From: Candidatus Wukongarchaeum yapensis | GTDB lineage: Archaea > Asgardarchaeota > Wukongarchaeia > Wukongarchaeales > Wukongarchaeaceae | NCBI GenBank assembly: GCA_016840425.1 | Contig: JAEOSI010000051.1 | Location: 1-11,702 of the forward strand | Reading direction: 5' to 3' | Length of the DNA stretch: 11,702 bases | In this document: positions 6,028 through 11,702 of the stretch, piece by piece | Numbering within the stretch: position 1 is the first letter of the stretch | How the letters are laid out: every line of letters starts with the position of its first letter | Notes under the pieces: generated by a model | Database searches by the model: none | What the model was told of the DNA's origin: nothing | Seen by the model: the letters and a program-made list of their open reading frames with translations, nothing else | Made by a program: the position numbers and the translations under genes

Positions 6028-7443
6028 TCATTCTGAAAAGTTTTGTCGCTGTTTTATAAATTTAACAACTTTTTCTGCTTTTTCAACAGCTAGTCTTGCG
6101 GCTTCTCTTGCCCTCTCCATTAACTCTTCTTTATTTTCTGGAGGATTCTCACCAACAAGTTTTTTTACATCAGTATAGCCTGCCTCTCTAAACTTTGGAT
6201 GAAGGTCTTTTTCTTCACCGTTTTTATCAATCAAAATGCCCTTTTTTGGGTTGCTTATAACTTCTCCTATAACATCAATCTTTACGCCTATTCTTTTGAT
6301 ACAGTCAAGAACCGGGTCTACTACATTTTCTGGGCAAAATATTAAGAGGGCATCCATTGAAACCCCTAAATAATCGATGGAAAGTTCTTTTAACATCCTT
6401 AATACCTTTTCATTAAGAAGGGCTTCAATTTTCCTCTCATCGACCTTTATGCCTACTTTGGCTGTTTTACAGATCTCGCTTATGTCGCCACGAATACCGC
6501 CATTAGTCCAGTCAGCTAAAGCATGAATATTGCTGAAGAGTTCTTCTTTGTGTAAAGCTTCACAGGCCCTTATAAACTGGACGTTCAAAGTCTCAATAAT
6601 CGCGTCGTAATAGTCATTATATATGGCAGTAGTTGTTATAGTTCCGCCGCCAGCACCTTCGGTCATCAAAACCTTATCACTTGGTCTGATATTTTTCCTC
6701 GAAGCTAGGGTGGAATATTTTGGTATTACGCCTACAGTACCCACGCATGAAACCAACCTATTACCGATAACCATGTCACCTCCAACCCGTAGAGTAGAAC
6801 CTGCAACAAGAGGCACTTTTGAAAGTTCTGAAACAGCTCTTATACCTGCAGAAAAATCAAAAAGTTTTCCCACATCCCCATCGTCCGCAAGATGGACATC
6901 AGTCAACATGGCCACAGGGATAGCGCCCTTAACGTAAACATCCCTTAAAGATGCTCTTGCTACATGAAAACCTGCAATGAAAGGAAAATCGCTTAAACGT
7001 GAATGCATACCATCAACAGCTATAACTATTATATCATTCTCGCCATGAACGGCTCCAGCATCATCCTGATCTAAGGGACCCATAAGGATTTTACTACTTC
7101 CTACGCCCACACCGCCTTCTTCTTCACCTTCTAGAGAGCTTATTTCTGCTAGAAGGCAGTGGACGAAAAAGTCGCCTTCTCCCCTACAACCTACACCTAA
7201 ATCGTGCATTGAAGCGTTGGACTCGGGAACGGATAAAAGTTCTCCTAAAAATCCTCCAAGACTTTTGTTTGAAACTAAAACTTCGTTAAAAACAGCTTTT
7301 GCCATGTCTAAAGCTTGTTCACTGCTTATGTTTTTATATACTAAAAACTCGTCGCAAAGCCTTTGAATGATGGAATCATGTTGTTCGTTCTTTTTGAGTA
7401 AAGCGTTTACTAAACCTTCAATATCAGACAAGCGTAAAACCAC
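6028..7443 (-). CDS. Archaeal AIR synthase-related protein (PurM/HypE/ThiL/SelD superfamily), function unknown
   Basis: GVGCRGEGDFFVH, QDDAGAV, AVDGMHSRLSDFPF, GSTLRVGGDMV, MTEGAGGGTI and DWTNGGIRGD. Start is GTG 7443 or TTG 7431. Confidence 0.8.
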   Translation of the reverse strand: MVLRLSDIEGLVNALLKKNEQHDSIIQRLCDEFLVYKNISSEQALDMAKAVFNEVLVSNKSLGGFLGELLSVPESNASMHDLGVGCRGEGDFFVHCLLAEISSLEGEEEGGVGVGSSKILMGPLDQDDAGAVHGENDIIVIAVDGMHSRLSDFPFIAGFHVARASLRDVYVKGAIPVAMLTDVHLADDGDVGKLFDFSAGIRAVSELSKVPLVAGSTLRVGGDMVIGNRLVSCVGTVGVIPKYSTLASRKNIRPSDKVLMTEGAGGGTITTTAIYNDYYDAIIETLNVQFIRACEALHKEELFSNIHALADWTNGGIRGDISEICKTAKVGIKVDERKIEALLNEKVLRMLKELSIDYLGVSMDALLIFCPENVVDPVLDCIKRIGVKIDVIGEVISNPKKGILIDKNGEEKDLHPKFREAGYTDVKKLVGENPPENKEELMERAREAARLAVEKAEKVVKFIKQRQNFSE

Positions 7444-7507
7444 ACAAAATTGTTAGCTGTCAAAAAAGGTGGAACTTAATCACTCTTTTAACGTTTGCGG
7501 ATCTTTA

Positions 7508-8353
7508 TTATTGGATTATTTTTAAGGGTTTAAAGATGTAGTTTCTATCCATTCCAAGCTCTTTTATCGAATAACCTAAAGCATAACCTATTAACTGGGT
7601 AAAAAACAGCACAGGTAACTTTTTTGGGAGGTCTATCACGTTCTGATAAACATCAAACATGGAGGCACAATTTCCGCATCCAATAACCAAAAGGTCTGCT
7701 CCCACTTTCAAAGCCTCTTCAATCCTTCTCCTTCCAAGCTCCAAAGCAAGAGGTTTATTTAGAGGAAGTAGTGTGGATCCACAGCAACGAAATCCTCCCT
7801 CATAATCTACAACTTCTACTCCGCAAGCCTCTACCAATCTTACAAAATCATATGTTTCCATTTCTAAAGATTCTGAAGGGGGTCTTATGATCTGGCAAGG
7901 AGTTTGAACAGCCACTTTTAAAGAGGAAAGATCGCGAACAATATTTTCTTTAATCTTCTCCAGTCCTATATCGTTGAGGAGAAAGTCTGAGATATGCTTA
8001 ACCTTTGAAATACCAGAGAATTCTCTCCCAATAAGGGCAAGAATGTCGTTTATTTTCTGATTTTTTTCAAGATCTTTAAGTAAGAGGTTGCGGACGCTGT
8101 TCAAAGTCGCTGTACAAGAACCGCAAAGCGTCAAGATGGGGATTTTTAACTCATCAGCTACTGCTAAATTTCTACCGGCAATAGTTAAGAATAGTTCTTC
8201 ACTTGCTGATTCTGCCATTAACGAGCCACAACAGGTGAAACCGTCTACGTCAACTATTTCGACTCCAAAATGGTTTAAAATAACCCTTGCAGACTTCTCA
8301 TACTGATTAAAACGGTAAGGTATGATGCATCCTCTAAAAAGACCTACTTCCAA
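7508..8353 (-). CDS. hdrB: Heterodisulfide reductase subunit B-like protein (two CCG domains)
   Basis: FRGCIIP, TCCGS, LCGSC in domain 1; TPCQIIRP, RCCGS, GCGNC in domain 2; PVLFFTQLIGYALG at the C-terminus. Start placed at TTG 8353 (GGTGGA upstream) rather than 8407. Confidence 0.85.
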   Translation of the reverse strand: MEVGLFRGCIIPYRFNQYEKSARVILNHFGVEIVDVDGFTCCGSLMAESASEELFLTIAGRNLAVADELKIPILTLCGSCTATLNSVRNLLLKDLEKNQKINDILALIGREFSGISKVKHISDFLLNDIGLEKIKENIVRDLSSLKVAVQTPCQIIRPPSESLEMETYDFVRLVEACGVEVVDYEGGFRCCGSTLLPLNKPLALELGRRRIEEALKVGADLLVIGCGNCASMFDVYQNVIDLPKKLPVLFFTQLIGYALGYSIKELGMDRNYIFKPLKIIQ

Positions 8354-8467
8354 CGATTCCACCAAGAAGGAAAACCCCCAAAAATAATAAAAAATAATCC
8401 TTAACAATATGGTCTTATCTTATCTTTAATAAAAAGAATTTCTTTTAATTTTAATGGGGGTAAAATA

Positions 8468-9931
8468 ATGGAAGAAGAGACCCTTGATCCAATTGATTGG
8501 AATCAAATGAAGGATTTAGGTTGTCAAATGGTAGAAGATATGATGAAATATTTAGAAAGCGTTCGTGAGCGTTCTGTCTGGCAACCAATTCCAAAAACTG
8601 TTAAGGATTTCTTCAAGAAACCGTTACCGGAAGATCCAGAAGGTCTAAATAAAACGTATCAAGATTTTTTAGAAAATATTCTTCCCTATCCTTTGGGTAA
8701 TATTCATCCCAGATTCTGGGGTTGGGTGATCGGTACTGGAACTCCTCTCGGAATGCTAGCAGAGATGTTAGCGGCAGGAATGAATCCAAATTTGGCAGGA
8801 GGAGACCATATAGCATTTTATGTTGAAAGCCAAGTAATTGATTGGTTTAAGGAAATAATGGGTTTTCCAAGCACAGCTAGCGGGTTGTTAGTTAGTGGAG
8901 GATCAATGGCAAATCTGGTTGGTTTAACTGTTGCTCGCAATTCTAAGGCAGGGTTCGATATCAGAAAACATGGTTTACAAGCTGCATCCCAAAAAATGAC
9001 TATTTATGGTTCAGAAGAAACGCACAGTTCTAATCAAAAAGCAATTGAATTATTGGGACTAGGTAGCGATGCCTTCCGTAAAATACCCGTGAATGAAGAA
9101 TTTCAAATTGATATTGAGAGTCTAAAGGCACATATTTCAGAAGATCAAGAAAATGACTATCATCCAATTTGCATTATTGGTAATGCAGGAACTATAAATA
9201 CTGGTGCATTTGATGACCTAAATTCCTTAGCAAATATCTGCGAACAAGAAGATATGTGGTTTCACGTTGATGGAGCTTTTGGAGCGTGGGCAATATTATC
9301 TCCCAAACTAAAATCTTTGGTCTCCGGTATAAATAGAGCTGATTCTTTGGCTTTTGATCTCCACAAATGGATGTATATGCCTTACGAAGTAGGATGCACT
9401 TTAGTAAAAAAAGAAGAAGAACACCGACAAGCCTTTTCGTTGACCCCGGATTACCTTACTCATACTTTAAGAGGAATTGGGGGTGGGGAAAAATGGTTTA
9501 GTGACTATGGTGTCCAACTTTCTCGTGGATTTAGGGCATTGAAGGTCTGGATGGGGATTAAAGAACATGGTATTCGAAAATATGGAAGACTCATCCAGCA
9601 AAATGTTGAACAGGCACAATATTTGGTTAAATTAGTCCAGTCGTCTTCTGAGCTAGAACTATTAGCACCTGTACCATTAAACATCGTGTGTTTTAGATTT
9701 TTAGCTGATGGGCTTGATGATTCGTCGTTGAATGACCTAAACAAAGAATTATTATTAAGATTGCACGAAAGTGGGATTGCTGCTCCATCTTATACGATGA
9801 TTGGTGATAAATATGCCCTTCGTGTAGCAATTACAAATCATCGGAGCCGAAGAGAAGACTTTGATATTTTAGTAAAAACAGTGTTAAAATTTGGAAAAGA
9901 GTTGGTGGGCGGAAAATATGGATATGAGTGA
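8468..9931 (+). CDS. PLP-dependent group II decarboxylase, aromatic-L-amino-acid/glutamate decarboxylase-like
   Basis: HPRFWGWV, SGGSMANL, HSSNQKA, AGTINTGAFD, WFHVDGAFG, PLP-lysine motif DLHKW (9356-9370), QLSRGFRALK and LNIVCFR. Confidence 0.9.
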   Translation: MEEETLDPIDWNQMKDLGCQMVEDMMKYLESVRERSVWQPIPKTVKDFFKKPLPEDPEGLNKTYQDFLENILPYPLGNIHPRFWGWVIGTGTPLGMLAEMLAAGMNPNLAGGDHIAFYVESQVIDWFKEIMGFPSTASGLLVSGGSMANLVGLTVARNSKAGFDIRKHGLQAASQKMTIYGSEETHSSNQKAIELLGLGSDAFRKIPVNEEFQIDIESLKAHISEDQENDYHPICIIGNAGTINTGAFDDLNSLANICEQEDMWFHVDGAFGAWAILSPKLKSLVSGINRADSLAFDLHKWMYMPYEVGCTLVKKEEEHRQAFSLTPDYLTHTLRGIGGGEKWFSDYGVQLSRGFRALKVWMGIKEHGIRKYGRLIQQNVEQAQYLVKLVQSSSELELLAPVPLNIVCFRFLADGLDDSSLNDLNKELLLRLHESGIAAPSYTMIGDKYALRVAITNHRSRREDFDILVKTVLKFGKELVGGKYGYE

Positions 9932-10718
9932 GTGGCTATCATATTGGTATCCCTACATTTGTAACTATTTAGGAATAGGCCCTGAGGAAGATTTAGAATC
10001 TGCAAGACTGCTGAACGATATTATTACCAATTCTAGAGTTGATGTTCAAAAAAACAAGAAAGAGCTTAAGAAAATGGTCTTTGGAAAACCGGTGATAGTT
10101 TTTGGAGCAGGTCCTTCCTTAGACGGTGATATTCTAAACGTCCTTCATGAAAATTTCCTTGATAAATGCGTAATCATTGCGGCGGATGGAGCTACAAAAG
10201 CCCTTTTAAACAAGCAAATTATTCCAAAAGCTACTGCTACAGATCTTGACGGTGACCTAGAAAGTTTGATGTATGCATGTCAATCAGGTTCAATAATGGT
10301 GATACTTGCCCATGGAGACAATAAAGAAAAGATTTCAGGCATCGTTCCAGAGCTTATAAAAGAAGGGTGTAAAATCGTTGGAACTACTCAAACAAAACCG
10401 TTTGGCGTGCTGGAAAATTATGGGGGATTTACTGACGGAGATAGAGGCGCTTATATGGCCGTAGAAATGGGCGCGAAAATGATAATACTTGCAGGTTTCG
10501 ATTTGGGAGAAAAGATAGGGCGATATTCAAAAAAGGAAAGTCAATTAGGCGGTATAGGTCACGAAATGAAGCTAAAAAAACTCAAACTTGCAAAAGAACT
10601 TCTAACAAACCTAGGGAAAACAGGGAAAATACCAGTACTAAACATCACTAGTGGGGGGGAAGAGATTCCAAACGTCCCAAAAATAACGACAAAACAACTA
10701 AAAAATATGTTGAACTAA
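9918..10718 (+). CDS. mptE: 6-hydroxymethyl-7,8-dihydropterin pyrophosphokinase (MptE/DUF115)
   Basis: VFGAGPSL, IAADGAT, TDLDGD, LAHGDN, GTTQ, NYGGFTDGDRG and LAGFD. Start is ATG 9918 (or 9924), with GGTGGGCGG upstream; overlaps the decarboxylase 3' end by 14 nt. Confidence 0.9.
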   Translation: MDMSEWLSYWYPYICNYLGIGPEEDLESARLLNDIITNSRVDVQKNKKELKKMVFGKPVIVFGAGPSLDGDILNVLHENFLDKCVIIAADGATKALLNKQIIPKATATDLDGDLESLMYACQSGSIMVILAHGDNKEKISGIVPELIKEGCKIVGTTQTKPFGVLENYGGFTDGDRGAYMAVEMGAKMIILAGFDLGEKIGRYSKKESQLGGIGHEMKLKKLKLAKELLTNLGKTGKIPVLNITSGGEEIPNVPKITTKQLKNMLN

Positions 10719-10744
10719 AAAACGTTCAAGTTCTATTCAAAAAA

Positions 10745-11242
10745 TTATCGCATTTTGATGGTACAAGACGCTCGCTGGGTTTTCATTTCATAAACAATGC
10801 ACGTGATTTCATGGATGTTTTCTTTATCTGAAAGCTCTTCTACAAGTTTTTCACACAAAAGTCTAGAAAACTCTTCCACAGTAGTATTAGCAATAGGAAG
10901 CAACACTACCTCATCCTCAGGTATCTCGTAAACCTTTCCCTCCCTTAAAACCATCTTCACAAAGCCATCTTCTTTTGTTATTTTAAGATCTTTGCAATGA
11001 ACAGCAAGCAAAGTCTTATGATCCCACTCCTCAAGTATACTTCTAAGCAAAGGCTTTATGTCGAGGAAATCGATGACCATGAAATCCTCGTCCTGGTCTC
11101 CCTTAATAATAACCTCTAGCTCGTAGTTATGACCGTGTAATCGCTCACAATAGCGCGTACCGACCACAAAGTGAGCGCAAGCAAACTTAAATCCTTCTGG
11201 CCCCAAACGAACAGCAAAAGTTTTATCCATCTGGCTTTTCAA
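10745..11242 (-). CDS. PTPS/QueD (COG0720) family pterin enzyme with CExxHGH motif
   Basis: FACAHF, CERLHGHNY (motif at 11129-11149), IDFLDIK, WDHKTL, TTVEE and VYE. GGAGGG lies 7 nt upstream of TTG 11242; ATG 11230 is an alternative. Confidence 0.88.
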   Translation of the reverse strand: MKSQMDKTFAVRLGPEGFKFACAHFVVGTRYCERLHGHNYELEVIIKGDQDEDFMVIDFLDIKPLLRSILEEWDHKTLLAVHCKDLKITKEDGFVKMVLREGKVYEIPEDEVVLLPIANTTVEEFSRLLCEKLVEELSDKENIHEITCIVYEMKTQRASCTIKMR

Positions 11243-11257
11243 TCACTAACCCTCCGT

Positions 11258-11702
11258 TTAAATTTCTATACCAGCGCTTTTTACAGTTTTCTCTACTATG
11301 CTTTTAACGGCAGAATAGGCAGGAGAATCTTCAGGAATATCAAGCAAGTTTTCCCCGTCAAGACTGAACTCCATGACCTTTGAATCATAAGGCAAAGAAC
11401 CAGCATAAGATAGCTTATTCTCCTCAGCAAATTTTTTCAAAGAAACTTCAATTTTTTCAGAAACCTTATTTCCAACAATATAGACTTTTTTGAAATTAAC
11501 TTTCACCTTCTCAGCAATTTCCAGTATTCGTTTTATTGTTTTTAACCCGGTTTTTGTGCCATCAGTAATGAGGTAGAGTATATCGATGTCTCGCTGGGTT
11601 CTTCTGTTTACATGTTCAAGTCCTGCGGGCATATCAGCCAAACTTATGTCATAATTTTCTGATAAAGTGTCAAGAATTCGAGTCAAAAGAGAATTTAAGC
11701 TA
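11258..11702 (-). CDS. cooC: CooC/AcsF-type nickel-insertion ATPase (MinD/ParA-like), C-terminal part; 5' end outside the window
   Basis: The frame is open to the window edge (...SLNSLLTRILDTL). Motifs DMPAGLEHVNRRT, DILYLITD, GLKTIKRI, VGNK and LPYD match CooC. The P-loop is not visible. Confidence 0.8.
   Translation of the reverse strand, partial: SLNSLLTRILDTLSENYDISLADMPAGLEHVNRRTQRDIDILYLITDGTKTGLKTIKRILEIAEKVKVNFKKVYIVGNKVSEKIEVSLKKFAEENKLSYAGSLPYDSKVMEFSLDGENLLDIPEDSPAYSAVKSIVEKTVKSAGIEI

Noticed and set aside
6028-7443. Calling the AIRS-like gene hypE or selD, or treating it as a methanogenesis marker
   Set aside because: It has no C-terminal PR(I/V)C and no Cys/Sec-x-x-Lys motif, and the subfamily cannot be fixed without an HMM search.
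3483-8353. Inferring that the host is a methanogen
   Set aside because: H4MPT genes and hdrB are also widespread in non-methanogenic archaea, and there is no mcr or mtr in the window.
8354-8407. Hydrophobic N-terminal extension (membrane anchor) on HdrB
   Set aside because: It is probably intergenic read-through: an SD-like GGTGGA precedes TTG 8353, which gives a typical HdrB N-terminus.
8432-8446. Inverted repeat AAAAGAA-t-TTCTTTT between hdrB and the decarboxylase
   Set aside because: It is short and in very A/T-rich DNA, so chance is an adequate explanation.
10710-10729. TTGAAC-N8-GTTCAA hairpin as a terminator between mptE and the PTPS gene
   Set aside because: The stem is only 6 bp and weak; archaeal termination is better explained by the adjacent T-tracts.
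1873-11383. Other short ORF-track ORFs: 1873-2091, 2957-3169, 4328-4699, 5432-5626, 5960-6178, 6623-6937, 8088-8306, 8613-8816, 9505-9744, 11171-11383
   Set aside because: All lie wholly or mostly antisense to well-supported genes and have shadow-like composition.

Overview
Archaeal chromosomal region with Shine-Dalgarno-led genes, many with TTG/GTG starts; an Asgard-type archaeon is plausible but not proven. It carries a C1-cofactor and Wood-Ljungdahl accessory neighbourhood: methanopterin-pathway genes (RFA-P synthase mptG, dihydromethanopterin reductase dmrX-like, DUF447, mptE, a PTPS/QueD enzyme with a CExxHGH motif), archaeal thyA, cooT and a partial cooC, a stand-alone hdrB and an AIR-synthase-like protein. 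Two genes look bacterial and possibly inserted: a GNAT-YoaP acetyltransferase and a PLP-dependent aromatic amino acid decarboxylase. The main find is a minus-strand gene at <1..1480 that the ORF track misses because its stop codon lies outside the window. By manual translation it encodes an N-terminal domain of about 330 aa (possibly a degenerate luciferase/Mer-like barrel), then a domain matching the 4-Cys motif of the eukaryotic 60S ribosome biogenesis factor Mak16, then an acidic tail encoded by a perfect 21-bp tandem repeat. I saw no rRNA, tRNA, CRISPR array or transposase. All family assignments come from motif recognition and recalled sequences, not database searches.
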